Shown: positions 31,278-43,183 of the stretch, one piece after another
Position numbering within the stretch: position 1 is the first letter of the stretch
Layout of the letters: every line of letters begins with the position of its first letter
Source: an uncultured Chloroflexia bacterium
GTDB taxonomy: Bacteria > Chloroflexota > Anaerolineae > Fen-1058
NCBI GenBank assembly: GCA_963844815.1
Contig: CAWJPR010000009.1
Span: 815,130 to 879,129, forward strand
Reading direction: 5' to 3'
DNA length: 64,000 nt
Program-made: the position numbers and the translations under genes
The notes under the pieces: model-generated
What the model saw: the letters and a program-made list of their open reading frames with translations, nothing else
Told to the model about the DNA's origin: nothing
The model's database searches: none

Positions 31278-32770
31278 ATGTCAAAGTCTCACTCGTGTTC
31301 GATGTCGCAAAGCATAGACGTACGCAAATGGATCACTGGAAGAAAGATGCGGCGAATTGGGGGCAGCGCGCACTCTGCGTCGTGGGCGTCATCGCCATCT
31401 TGGCTGCGCTGGGCGGGCCGCCCATTGACGCGGCGAGCGCCAAAAGCAGCACGCCGCAGAATGTGGACGTAAGCCAGCGTCCTGGCAACGAGTCTGAAGA
31501 GGCCATCGCGGTTAATCCCACGAATCCCAAAAATATCGTCATTTTCACGAACATCGCCGAAGGCGCCAACGGGATGTTCCTGGCCGTCACCTTTGACGGT
31601 GGCCGGACCTGGACCCGGCGGATCGTCGGCGAGGGCAACGATGTCCTGGGCGATACGTGCTGCGACCCGAGCCTGTCTTTCGACGAGTACGGGAATCTCT
31701 TCATGACTTACCTGTACAACGTGGATAATGTCGTGCCAGTCGCACTCAGCACCGATGGCGGACTCACGTTCAATGTCATTGCCAAAATCGCCCAACCTGC
31801 AGGTCTTGCAACGACCAGGGCCGCGCGCGACGAACGCGGCTTGTTCCGCTTCGTCGATCAGCCGACCATCATCGCCGGGCATGGCGAGGTGTGGGTGATC
31901 TTCAACGCGGGCGGGCCGATGTTCGCAACGGGCGCGCCGGTGACCGGCCTCGGTCAGGTGGGATCGTTCTTCGCCGGTGAAGTCGTCCCGGGGTCGAATA
32001 ACTGCACCTATGGCGACATTTCAATCGGACCCGCCGGGCAGATCATGCAGGTCTGCACCCTTACAGAAAGTGGACAAGGCGGCGGCAAGCTCTTTGTCAA
32101 CGTCGATTCGGACGGGCTTGGCCCGGCCGGCTTTGGTGACCGCATTTCCGTCGTCGATACCCATGTCGGCGGGTTCGATTTCATCGCGTCTCAGCCCGAT
32201 CGTTCTGTGGATGCAGAACCCGGTCTGGCCTGGGATCGAACCGGTGGCGCGCATAATGGCCGCGTCTATCTTGTCTATAGCATCGAACGCCCTAATGAGA
32301 GCGATGACCTCGATATTGCCGTGCGCTACTCCGACGACAACGGCGCGACCTGGAGCAACGGCGTGCGCGTGAACGATGATCATACCAGGAACAGCCAGTT
32401 CATGCCGAAAATCTCGCTGGATCAGACGACGGGCAACATCGCGGTGACTTGGTACGATTCCCGCGCCGACCTCGGCACCGGTGGACTAGGAGACACGGAC
32501 GGCATCCCCAACGACGACGCGCAGTTCTGGGGTGCTTTCAGCACGGACGGAGGCCTGTCGTTTACGCCGAATATTCAAATCAGCGCCGGGACGTCGAACT
32601 CGCACGACTCGGGCAACGGGATTGACTACGGGGACTATTCCGGGCTATCCTTCTTTGGCGGGGTGGCTCATCCGGCCTGGTCGGATAACTCCAACAGCAC
32701 TCGAGACAATCCAAATGGCATGTTGCACAAACTGGACATCTACACTGCCGCAGTCCGCGTTCCTCGCTGA
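31278..32770 (+). CDS. Secreted BNR/Asp-box beta-propeller (sialidase-like) protein; probable frameshift near 31368
   Basis: AGGAG before ATG 31278; signal-like segment; Asp boxes TFDGGRTW, STDGGLTF, SDDNGATW, STDGGLSF; DYGDY. Confidence 0.85.
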
Positions 32771-32795
32771 TCCGCCGATGTCACAGGCACAATAA

Positions 32796-32838
32796 ACAAA
32801 ACTCCCTTGCTCAACACACAAGCAAGGGAGTCTTCATT
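32796..32838. terminator. Terminator downstream of nuoN, copy B
   Basis: aaaactcccttgct..agcaagggagtctt between convergent genes. Confidence 0.7.
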
Positions 32839-32863
32839 TACGCATTACGCATTACGCACTACT

Positions 32864-34336
32864 TCACCCCGCGCCGGCGATCAGCCACTGCGCCGCATTC
32901 TGCACCAGCGTCAGCACGAAGCCGGGCAGGATGCCCAGCACCAGCACGGCCAGCGCAGCAAAGCCCACGGTTAAGTTCAACACGCGGTACGGCGCAGGCT
33001 GCACTTCGTGCCCGGGTTCGGCGTCGCGCATGAACATATCCACGATCACGCGCAGATAGAAGAAGGCCGCGATCACGCTGGTCACGACGGCGATGATCGC
33101 CAGGCCGTTCAGTCCCGCCTGAATGGCCGCCACGAACAACAAGTACTTGCCGATGAAGCCGCCCGTCAACGGAATGCCCGCCAGGCTCAGCATGAAGATC
33201 ATCATCATGATCGCCAGACCGGGGCTGCGCTGGTACAGGCCGCGATAGGTCGGGTAGGTCTGATCCTCGGCCTGCGGAGCGCGCCGGGCCATCGCGGTGA
33301 GCACGGCGAACGCGCCGAGATTGGTGAAGAGATAGGCCACCAGATAGAACAGCGCGCCGTACACGCCCGCCTGGTTGCCCGCCGCCACGCCGATGAGAAT
33401 GTAGCCCGCGCTGGCAATGCTGGAGTAGGCCAGCATGCGCTTGAGGTTGGTCTGCGAAATCGCCACGATGCTGCCCAGGATCATCGTGACGGCCGAGATG
33501 ATCGAGACGAGCGGGACCCAATCGGCTTGAATAGAGCCCAGCGCATACACAAACACACGGAGCAAAGCCGCAAAGCCGGCCGCCTTCGCGCCCACCGACA
33601 TGAAGCCCGCGATGGGTGTCGGCGCGCCTTCGTACACATCCGGCGTCCACATGTGAAACGGCACCACGGCCACTTTGAAGCCCAGGCCGACGAGGATGAG
33701 GGCCGCGCCAAACAGGAGCATGGGCGAAGAGCCCCCGGCGGCGACCTTCGCGGCGATCTGCGCCAGATCGGTAGTGCCCAGGGCGCCGTACGTCATGGCA
33801 ACGCCAAATAGCAGGAAGCCGGAAGCAAAGGCGCCGAGCAGGAAATACTTCAACGCCGCCTCTTCCGAGGCTGTGTCGGGCCGCGCGAAACCGGCCAGCA
33901 CGTACAGCGGAATCGACAGCAGTTCCAGCGCGATGAAGACGATGATCAGATTGTGGGCCGCGGCCATCATGACCATGCCGCCCACGCTGAACAGCAGCAG
34001 CACGTAGTATTCATTGCGCGCGATGCCGCGATCGCGCAGGTAATTGATCGAGGTGAGCACCGTCAACGCGCCCGCGCCGATCGCGACCAGCCCCAGCACC
34101 TGCGCGTACGAATCGACCACCAGCATGCCGGAGAAGGCGATGCCCTGCTGGCCGAGCAGTGCCCACGACGCTGCGCCCGCCGCCGCAAAGGCCAGCAGCG
34201 CCAGCCAGGCCCCGTATTTTTTATGCTGTGGCTTGAGCACCAGATCGATCAGCATCAGCGCCATGCCGCCGGCCGCCAGGATCAGCATGGGCAGCATCGT
34301 GTAAAAATCGAGCAGCGTCACTTCGAGTGTGTACAT
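32864..34336 (-). CDS. nuoN: NADH-quinone oxidoreductase subunit N
   Basis: ALELLSIPLY, EAALKYFLLG, FKVAVVPFHMWTPDVYEGAP, KRMLAYSSI. Confidence 0.96.
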   Translation of the reverse strand: MYTLEVTLLDFYTMLPMLILAAGGMALMLIDLVLKPQHKKYGAWLALLAFAAAGAASWALLGQQGIAFSGMLVVDSYAQVLGLVAIGAGALTVLTSINYLRDRGIARNEYYVLLLFSVGGMVMMAAAHNLIIVFIALELLSIPLYVLAGFARPDTASEEAALKYFLLGAFASGFLLFGVAMTYGALGTTDLAQIAAKVAAGGSSPMLLFGAALILVGLGFKVAVVPFHMWTPDVYEGAPTPIAGFMSVGAKAAGFAALLRVFVYALGSIQADWVPLVSIISAVTMILGSIVAISQTNLKRMLAYSSIASAGYILIGVAAGNQAGVYGALFYLVAYLFTNLGAFAVLTAMARRAPQAEDQTYPTYRGLYQRSPGLAIMMMIFMLSLAGIPLTGGFIGKYLLFVAAIQAGLNGLAIIAVVTSVIAAFFYLRVIVDMFMRDAEPGHEVQPAPYRVLNLTVGFAALAVLVLGILPGFVLTLVQNAAQWLIAGAG

Positions 34337-34380
34337 AGTCTTAGACCCAGTTCAGAGTGACGCTCAGACACCACGGCATC

Positions 34381-34495
34381 GTCATTCCCGCGTGCTTCGC
34401 TCACGTCGTACCCGGCACGTTGTGCCGGCGACGCGCTAGGCGTGCGATGCCGCCAGGCTCCGGGGGAGCCTGGGTACGGCAAAGCGGGAATCCAG
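34381..34495. repeat. Nested multi-stem GTCAT-headed palindromic element between nuoM and nuoN
   Basis: Outer attcccgc/gcgggaat, inner gtcgtaccc/gggtacggc, hairpins ccggcac/gtgccgg and ccaggctcc/ggagcctgg. Confidence 0.7.
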
Positions 34496-34503
34496 AAACC
34501 CTA

Positions 34504-36001
<1,498 letters not shown>

Positions 36002-36035
36002 GTTATGGGTTACCTCAAGAGATGACTCTTGTGTG

Positions 36036-38146
36036 TTATCGTCCCAGCATCGCGATCAACGTGAACCACGCTACCGCCAACACGACGCCCGCCAGCATGA
36101 CCAGGGCATACTGCCGCACGTAGCCAGACTGCCATTTGCGCAGCCCGGCGGAGGTCCACGCCACCAGCCGGCCCGTGCCATTCACCGCGCCGTCGATGAC
36201 CAGTTTATCGATCGGGTTGGCGAGGAAGTCCGTGATCTTCAAGAAGGTATCGCGGAGGGCGCGATCGTGGAACCAGTCGTGCCAGAAGCGCCAATCGATC
36301 ACCCACGCCAGGAAATTGCTGAGCCACACATACGGCCTCACAAACAGCCGATCGTACAACTCGTCGATCCAGTACTTGTGGTTCAGCAGCTTGAAGACGA
36401 AGCCGGTCTTGCGCAGCGGATCATCCACGCCCGCTTGCTGCGCCTTAGGTCGATACATGAAATAACGCCAGTCCCACCGACGCCAACGAGATCAGCGTGG
36501 CAAAGAGCGCCAACGGAATGCTGAACTCCGGCTCGACCCTGTCACCCTCCAGCCAGCGTCCAAAGTACAAGATGAACGGCGCATTGAGCAAGCCGATGAA
36601 GATGGAAAAGATCGCCAGCACGATCAAAGGCCGCGTCATGATCCGGGGACTTTCCACGGCATGCGCCGCGGCGGCGGTCTTGGGCTGGCCGAAGAACACC
36701 ATGATCAACTGCCGCGTCATGTAGAACGAAGTGAAGGCCGCCGCCAGCAGCAGCATGACAAAAGCGATCGGCGCCTGTTCCGATTCTTTCAGCAGAATCT
36801 CGTCTTTGCTCCAGAACCCGGCCAGCGGGAAGATGCCCATCAAGGCCAGCGCGCCGATCAGATACACGATCGCCGTCGTGCGTTGCCGATTCCACAGGCC
36901 GCCCATATTGCGCATGTCCTGCGGATCGAAGGCCGGCTCTGCCGGGTGGTCATCCCGCTGACCACTGGCCTCCGCCTGCGCGGCGTGATCAGCGGGCGCA
37001 TGCGCCTGATGTGCCACGTGCTGATGTCCATGTTCCATGCCATGGATCACCGAGCCGGAAGCGAGGAACAACAGCGCCTTGAAGAAGGCGTGCGTCATCA
37101 GGTGGAAGATACCGGCGGCCACTGCGCCCAAGCCTACGGCACTGACCATGAAACCGAGCTGCGACACGGTGGAATAAGCCAGCACTTTCTTGATATCGAA
37201 CTGCGCCACCGCGATGGTGCCGGCCAAGAGCGCCGTGACCGCGCCCAGGATCGCCACAAAGATCCGCACATCGGGCACCAGGTGATACAGCGCTTCCGAT
37301 CGGGCAATGAGATAGACGCCGGCGGTGACCATCGTGGCAGCATGGATCAACGCGGAGACCGGCGTCGGGCCAGCCATCGCATCGGGCAGCCACACATACA
37401 GCGGAATCTGCGCCGATTTGCCGGTCACGCCAACCAACAGCAGCAGCGTAATTAAAACTGCCAGGCCCTGCGCTACTTCGCCGGTTTCGGCCTTTTCAAA
37501 CACGCCGCTGAACTGCAGCGTGCCGATACCGACAAACATGGCGAACATCGCCAGCAGCACTCCCCAGTCGCCTACGCGATTGGCGATCATCGCTTTCTTG
37601 GCCGCATTGCCGTTGGCGTCCTTCTCGAACCAGAAACCGATCAGCAGGAATGAGCACAGGCCCACGCCTTCCCAGCCCACGAACAACATCAAGTAGTTGT
37701 TCGCCAGCACGAGGATCAGCATCATCGCCATGAAGAGGTTCATGTAGACGAAGAAGCGCTGGAAGCGCGGATCGCCGTGCATGTAGCCGATGGCGTAGAT
37801 GTGGATCAGGGTGCCGACCAGCGTCACCACCATCAACATCACGGCGGTCAGCTCGTCGATGTGCAGCCCGAACTCCACCACAGCCCGGTCGATGGCAAAG
37901 AAGGTATAGCCGGGCACATTGACCCCGTGCCAAGCGCTCGGCTTCCGAAAGGGTTCCGAGTGCGAACACGATCACGAGCGCCACGGCAAAGGCCGCCGCC
38001 GAAAAGAACACCGCCGTCCAGCCGATGGTCCTCTCGCTGCGCCGCTTGCCGCCGAAGATGTTGATCAACACGCCGGCGAACGGCAGGATGATGATCAACC
38101 AGGCATACTGAAAAATCTGAGGTGCTTCACTCTGGACTTCGTGCAT
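36036..38146 (-). CDS. nuoL: NADH-quinone oxidoreductase subunit L; frameshifts near 37925 and 36460
   Basis: GWEGVGLCS, GKSAQIPLYVWLPDAMAGPTPVSALIHAATM, THAFFKALLF, KYWIDELY, QSGYVRQY. Confidence 0.95.
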
Positions 38147-38182
38147 AGGATCTCCAACTTATCGGCTGGTCACGCCGCGACC

Positions 38183-38503
38183 TCAACCCTTCAACTGGTT
38201 GATGTCGTCCACGTTGATGCTGCGCTTGGTGCGGAAGATCGCCACGATCAGCGCCAGCCCGACCGCCACTTCGGCGGCGGCCACCACCATCACAAAGAAC
38301 ACGAACACCTGCCCGTCGATCTGATTGAAGGATCGGGCAAAGGCGATAAACGCCAGGTTGGCGGCGTTGAGCATCAACTCCACCGACATGAAAATAATGA
38401 TGGCATTGCGGCGGACGAGCACGCCGACCACGCCGAGTGAAAACAGCACCACGCTCAAGCCGATGATCAGAGGATATAGAGTGACGAAACCTTCATTGCT
38501 CAT
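38183..38503 (-). CDS. nuoK: NADH-quinone oxidoreductase subunit K
   Basis: [27 protein letters not shown]. Confidence 0.96.
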   Translation of the reverse strand: MSNEGFVTLYPLIIGLSVVLFSLGVVGVLVRRNAIIIFMSVELMLNAANLAFIAFARSFNQIDGQVFVFFVMVVAAAEVAVGLALIVAIFRTKRSINVDDINQLKG

Positions 38504-39009
38504 GCCGACTTCTTCTTCCTTTCGTCGCGCGTCATCACCACGGCGCCGATCATCGCCACCAGCAGCAGAATCGACACGGCTTCAAAGGGGAACAGCCACA
38601 CGCTGTACAAAGCCAGCCCGATCGCTTCCGCCGATCCCATGACGATCTCGGCGGCGGGCAGATCGGCCACTTCGATCGGCGCGGTATTCAGCAGCAGCAG
38701 CGCGCCCAGCAGCACCACGGCGGCCGCCAGGCCGATCGCCAGCGGGGTTTGCCAGGAGCGCAGCATGCGCGCGCCGGTCTTTTCCGCGCCCAGCAGCATG
38801 ATCACGAAGAGGAACAGCACCATGATCGCGCCGGCGTAGACCGCCACCTGCACCATCGCTATGAACGGCGCCCACAGGCCCAGAAAGAACACGGCCAGCG
38901 ACGCCATGACGACGACCAGGAACAGCGCGCTGTGCACCGCGTTGCGCGTGGTAATCATCATCACGGCTGACACCACGGCGATCAGCGCCAGAGCTCCGAA
39001 GATGATCAT
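38500..39009 (-). CDS. nuoJ: NADH-quinone oxidoreductase subunit J
   Basis: [42 protein letters not shown]. Confidence 0.95.
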   Translation of the reverse strand: MIIFGALALIAVVSAVMMITTRNAVHSALFLVVVMASLAVFFLGLWAPFIAMVQVAVYAGAIMVLFLFVIMLLGAEKTGARMLRSWQTPLAIGLAAAVVLLGALLLLNTAPIEVADLPAAEIVMGSAEAIGLALYSVWLFPFEAVSILLLVAMIGAVVMTRDERKKKSA

Positions 39010-39041
39010 CTCTAGTCCAGGCAAAGCACACCTCGCTCTAA

Positions 39042-39091
39042 CAAGTAACGAGTAATCCGTAACGGTCACTCGTTACTCATTACTTGTTACG
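39042..39091. repeat. Inverted heptamer arrays between nuoI and nuoJ
   Basis: agtaacg agtaatc cgtaacg facing cgttact cattact tgttacg. Confidence 0.7.
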
Positions 39092-39100
39092 CCATACAAT

Positions 39101-39607
39101 CTACGGCTCGCTTACCAGCCCGTCCGGCAGAATGGCCCGCGGATACGATCCTTCTTTGACCGTCTGCGGCGTGCCGGGCTTGCCGGGCGGCGGAGGCAGA
39201 ATCAGCATATCTTTGGTAAAGATCAAATCGCGGCGCTGGCCCGCCGACAACTCGTACACATCGGTCAGGACGATGGCGTCCGTGGGGCAGGCGTCTTCAC
39301 AGTAGCCGCAGAAAATGCAGCGCAGCATGTTGATCTCATACGTTTTGGCGTAGCGCTCGCCGGGCGAATAGCGCTCGGCATCCGTGTTCTCGGCCGGCTC
39401 CACATAGATCGCGTCGGCCGGGCAGGCCGCCGCGCACAGGGCGCAGCCGATGCAGCGCTCCAGCCCGTCTGCATAGCGGCGCAATTCGTGCCGGCCGCGG
39501 AACCGCTGCCGCACCGGGCGCTTGACTTCCGGGTATTGAATCGTCACCGGCGGCTTGAACAGCTCGCGCAGTGTAATGCTCAGCCCTCTAAATATTTCCG
39601 TTAGCAT
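39101..39607 (-). CDS. nuoI: NADH-quinone oxidoreductase subunit I
   Basis: [36 protein letters not shown]. Confidence 0.96.
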   Translation of the reverse strand: MLTEIFRGLSITLRELFKPPVTIQYPEVKRPVRQRFRGRHELRRYADGLERCIGCALCAAACPADAIYVEPAENTDAERYSPGERYAKTYEINMLRCIFCGYCEDACPTDAIVLTDVYELSAGQRRDLIFTKDMLILPPPPGKPGTPQTVKEGSYPRAILPDGLVSEP

Positions 39608-39656
39608 GCTTCACTTCCCTCGTCTACTTGCTCACTTGTTTCCTGGCAGACTTCAG

Positions 39657-40700
39657 TTACCCGCGCAGTATCACCGCCAAGGCCGTCACCATCACCCACG
39701 CCAGCGAAATCGGCAGCAGCACCAGCCAGCCGAACTTCATCAAGCGGTCGTAGCGGAAGCGCGGCAGCGTCGCGCGGATCCAGACCATCCCGACCAGCAG
39801 CACGATGACCTTCAGCGTCAGATACACCGGTCCCAGCAGCGGCGAGTTGTCGACGCTGAGAAACGGCAGCGCCTGCGTCATGAACAACGGCAGCGGCTCG
39901 CGATAACCGCCAAAGAAGAACGTCACGGCCAGCGCCGCAATCACGATCATCTTGATATACTCGGCCATGTAAAACAGCGCGAACTTCATGCCGCTGTATT
40001 CGGTGTTATAGCCGGACACCAATTCCTGTTCCGCTTCCGGCATATCGAACGGCGCGCGATTGACTTCAGCCAGCATCGTGGTCATGAAAATGATCGCGCC
40101 AATCGGCTGCAGGAAGAAAAACCACACCTGCTTCTGCTGCTCGACGATCGTGTTCAAGTCCAGCGTCCCCGCCACCACCACCAGCGCCACCAGTGACAGG
40201 CCCATCGCCAATTCATAGGAGATCATCTGCGCCGACGAGCGCAGGCCGCCCAGCATCGAATACTTGCTGTTGCTGGCCCAGCCCGCCAGCACGATGCCGT
40301 ACACGCTGATCGACGTGATGGCCAGAACGTACAGGACGCCCACGTTCAGATTGGGCGCCAGCGTCAGCGGGACTTTCAACCCAAACAGTTCAAACGAACT
40401 GCCGAACGGGATGACCGCAAACACCACCAGCGCCGGAATCATCGCCAGCATCGGCGCCAGAATGAAGGTCCACTTGTCGGCGCCGGCTGGCACAAGTTCT
40501 TCCTTGAAAATCAGCTTGACGCCGTCGGCCAGCGGCTGCAGCAGGCCCTGCGGCCCGGCGCGGTTCGGCCCTATGCGCGACTGAAAGCGCGCGATCACGC
40601 GGCGCTCCAGCAGCGTCGTGTACGCAAAACCGGTCACCAGGACCAAGATCAAAATGACCGACCAGACCAGCCAAACAATGATGCTGATGCCCAGGTCCAT
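39657..40700 (-). CDS. nuoH: NADH-quinone oxidoreductase subunit H
   Basis: ERRVIA..RIGPNR, LQPLADGVKL, AQMISYE, NRAPFDMPEAEQELV. Confidence 0.96.
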   Translation of the reverse strand: MDLGISIIVWLVWSVILILVLVTGFAYTTLLERRVIARFQSRIGPNRAGPQGLLQPLADGVKLIFKEELVPAGADKWTFILAPMLAMIPALVVFAVIPFGSSFELFGLKVPLTLAPNLNVGVLYVLAITSISVYGIVLAGWASNSKYSMLGGLRSSAQMISYELAMGLSLVALVVVAGTLDLNTIVEQQKQVWFFFLQPIGAIIFMTTMLAEVNRAPFDMPEAEQELVSGYNTEYSGMKFALFYMAEYIKMIVIAALAVTFFFGGYREPLPLFMTQALPFLSVDNSPLLGPVYLTLKVIVLLVGMVWIRATLPRFRYDRLMKFGWLVLLPISLAWVMVTALAVILRG

Positions 40701-40702
40701 AA

Positions 40703-43021
40703 CTAAGCCTCTGCCGTGACGAGTTCCGCTTCGCGCAAGCGGACTTCGTACACACTCGATTGATCAATGAGCGTGCCGTGCCGATTGAGCCGGCGCACCT
40801 GCACCGGCTGATCAGTCGGCGGCGGCGGCTCGAGCCACTTCAACTCCGCTTGCCCATCGATCTCGAAGAGTGACTTCGTCTGCGCGCCCACGCCGCCCCG
40901 ATTGTCATACGCCGTTCCGCCGAAATACAAATCGCTCGACGTGCCGACGGGCGGCCATTCTTCTTTTGTTTCCGCTAATCTGGCGTAATCCAATCCGGCA
41001 TACGCGGCTACCTGCGCCGCGATGTCGTTCATCACGCTTTCAGCGCCAAAGGACATCCACTTCAAGCCCAGCTGCTCTGCAACCAAACGGAAGATGTCCC
41101 AATCGGCTTTGGCCTGACCGGTGGGCGGCAGCGCCTTATAGTAACGCTGCACGCGGCGTTCCGCGTTGGTAAACGTCCCATCGCGCTCAGCCCATGACAA
41201 GGCGGGCAGGACGACGTCCGCCTGCTGCGCCGTTTCAGTCAGGAACAATTCTTGCACGACGACGAAGTCCGCCCCGGGCCAGCTCTGCCCGGCCCCGATC
41301 GGGTCGGCGCCGACGGCATAGAGCGCCTTCACTTCGCCGCCAGACGGCCACGCCACGCTGTGCGCGCTCAGCATGTCATACACGCCTTGCGTATTGTTGT
41401 GCGGCCACAGCGGCAGCAGCCCGTTATTCGCTTTGCCGATGTGCGCCGTCGCTACGGCAAGGTTCGCGCACGCCTGCGCCAATGCAACATCATCCGCTGG
41501 TCGTTCATCGCCGAAGATCACGATCAGGTTCTGCGCCTCGGCGATCAACTTGCCCGCGTTCTTGATCTTCTCATCAGACGATGCGAACCTCGCAGCCTGA
41601 TCCCCGATCCCTGAGCCCTGATCAACCGCATTCAGCAACCCGTACACCGTCTGCGCGTCCGCGCCCGGCTGATACCGGATCGAGATGGCCGCATAGCGAT
41701 CCATCTTCGTTTCACGCGCATTCGCCACGATCAACTTCACCCCGCGCTCGGCGGCCGCTTTCAGGCGCAGCATGGTGACCGGCGCAGTTTCTTCCACGTC
41801 GGCGGCGACGATCAACACCACGTCGCCCCGGCCCAACTCGCCGAGATTCGTTCCCACGCCTACGCCGTAACGCGCCGCCAGATCGAGGCCCGCCGCCTGC
41901 GGCCAGTTCGCCACCTGCGTGGAGCTGAAGCCCTCGCGGAACAACCTGCCAAACAGCCACGCATCTTCGTTCGAGACGCGATCGCCGATCAGGCCGCCCA
42001 CTTTCCCGTTCGCCGCGCGGAACCGATCGGCAACGAGAGCAACCGCCTCATCCCACGTCGCTTCCACCAGCTGGCCGGCCTTCTTGATCAACGGCTTCTG
42101 CAGGCGCTCCTTGCTGCGCGCGTAGTGATAGCCGAAGCGGCCTTTGTCGCAAATCCAGATTTCGTTCACGGCCTCGTTCTGGCGCGGCATGACGCGCAGA
42201 ATCTCCCAGTCGCCGCCACCCCTGGCGGAACGCCGTGTGCCCAATGAAAGATTGCAGCCCACCGCGCAGTGCGTGCAGATCGACGGCACACTGGTGATCT
42301 CCCATGGCCGCGCCCGGAAGCGGAAGTCTTTGGTGGTCAGCGCGCCGACGGGGCAGATGTCCGTCGTGTTGCCGGAGAACTTGGAATCGAAGCCAGGAAT
42401 GGACATCGTCTCGATCTGCATCTTGCGCCCGCGCTCGTAGAAGCCCAGCACGTGATCGTCGGCAATCTCATCCTGGAAGCGGATGCAGCGCGCGCACTGG
42501 ATGCAGCGCTCTTTGTCGAGGAAGATCAACTCGCCCAGCGGATAATGCTTTTCAAGATGCTGCTTGTCGGCGTAATCGAAGCGCGTGACACCCGGACCAT
42601 AGCTCAACGTCAGATTTTGCAGCGGGCACTCACCGCCCTTGTCGCAGATCGGGCAATCGAGCGGGTGCGAGGTGAGCAGAAATTCCAGCACGTCCTTCTG
42701 CGCCGCCTTCACCATCTCGTTCCTGGTGTTGACGCGCATGCCCGACTCGACGGGCGTCGTGCACGACGTCTCGAGCTTCGGTCCCCACGCAATTTCGGGA
42801 TTGCCGTGGGCGTCCAGCACCGGCTGGCCCGTGCCGCGATCGATCTTCACGCGCCCCACCTGCACCAGGCACATGCGGCACATACCCACCGGCTTCAACT
42901 TGGGGTGATAACAGAACACCGGAATGTCGATGCCGGCCTGCTTGGCCGCGTCGACAATCAGCGTCCCCTTCGGCACCGCAACGGCTATATCGTCAATGAA
43001 CAGGTTGATCAAATCAGCCAT
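40703..43021 (-). CDS. nuoG: NADH-quinone oxidoreductase subunit G
   Basis: IPVFCYHP, GMCRMC, HPLDCPICDKGGECPLQ, CIQCARCIRF, CTHCAVGC, WICDKGRF. Confidence 0.96.
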   Translation of the reverse strand: MADLINLFIDDIAVAVPKGTLIVDAAKQAGIDIPVFCYHPKLKPVGMCRMCLVQVGRVKIDRGTGQPVLDAHGNPEIAWGPKLETSCTTPVESGMRVNTRNEMVKAAQKDVLEFLLTSHPLDCPICDKGGECPLQNLTLSYGPGVTRFDYADKQHLEKHYPLGELIFLDKERCIQCARCIRFQDEIADDHVLGFYERGRKMQIETMSIPGFDSKFSGNTTDICPVGALTTKDFRFRARPWEITSVPSICTHCAVGCNLSLGTRRSARGGGDWEILRVMPRQNEAVNEIWICDKGRFGYHYARSKERLQKPLIKKAGQLVEATWDEAVALVADRFRAANGKVGGLIGDRVSNEDAWLFGRLFREGFSSTQVANWPQAAGLDLAARYGVGVGTNLGELGRGDVVLIVAADVEETAPVTMLRLKAAAERGVKLIVANARETKMDRYAAISIRYQPGADAQTVYGLLNAVDQGSGIGDQAARFASSDEKIKNAGKLIAEAQNLIVIFGDERPADDVALAQACANLAVATAHIGKANNGLLPLWPHNNTQGVYDMLSAHSVAWPSGGEVKALYAVGADPIGAGQSWPGADFVVVQELFLTETAQQADVVLPALSWAERDGTFTNAERRVQRYYKALPPTGQAKADWDIFRLVAEQLGLKWMSFGAESVMNDIAAQVAAYAGLDYARLAETKEEWPPVGTSSDLYFGGTAYDNRGGVGAQTKSLFEIDGQAELKWLEPPPPTDQPVQVRRLNRHGTLIDQSSVYEVRLREAELVTAEA

Positions 43022-43058
43022 TACACGCTATCCTTGCCGCTCTAAACGTTCGCATCTG

Positions 43059-43171
43059 TGTCATTCCGAGCGCAGCGAGGAATCTCCTGCTAATCCGCTG
43101 AGATTCTTCGCCACCGCCTGGCTCACACCCCGCCCGACGCTCGCGTCAGGGGTGCGCCAGGCGGAAATGAC
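43059..43171. repeat. GTCAT-headed palindromic element between nuoF and nuoG
   Basis: tgtcattccgagcgcagcgaggaatctc..gagattcttcg..ccgcctggc/gccaggcgg..aatgaca. Confidence 0.7.
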
Positions 43172-43183
43172 AGGTGGTTGAGA

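Noticed and set aside
28850-32838. Integron cassette array
   Set aside because: No integrase and no consistent attC-like GTTRRRY/RYYYAAC boundaries between the genes.
34381-34495. tRNA or known ncRNA in the multi-stem element
   Set aside because: No T-loop, D-loop or CCA features; its ends match a dispersed palindromic family.
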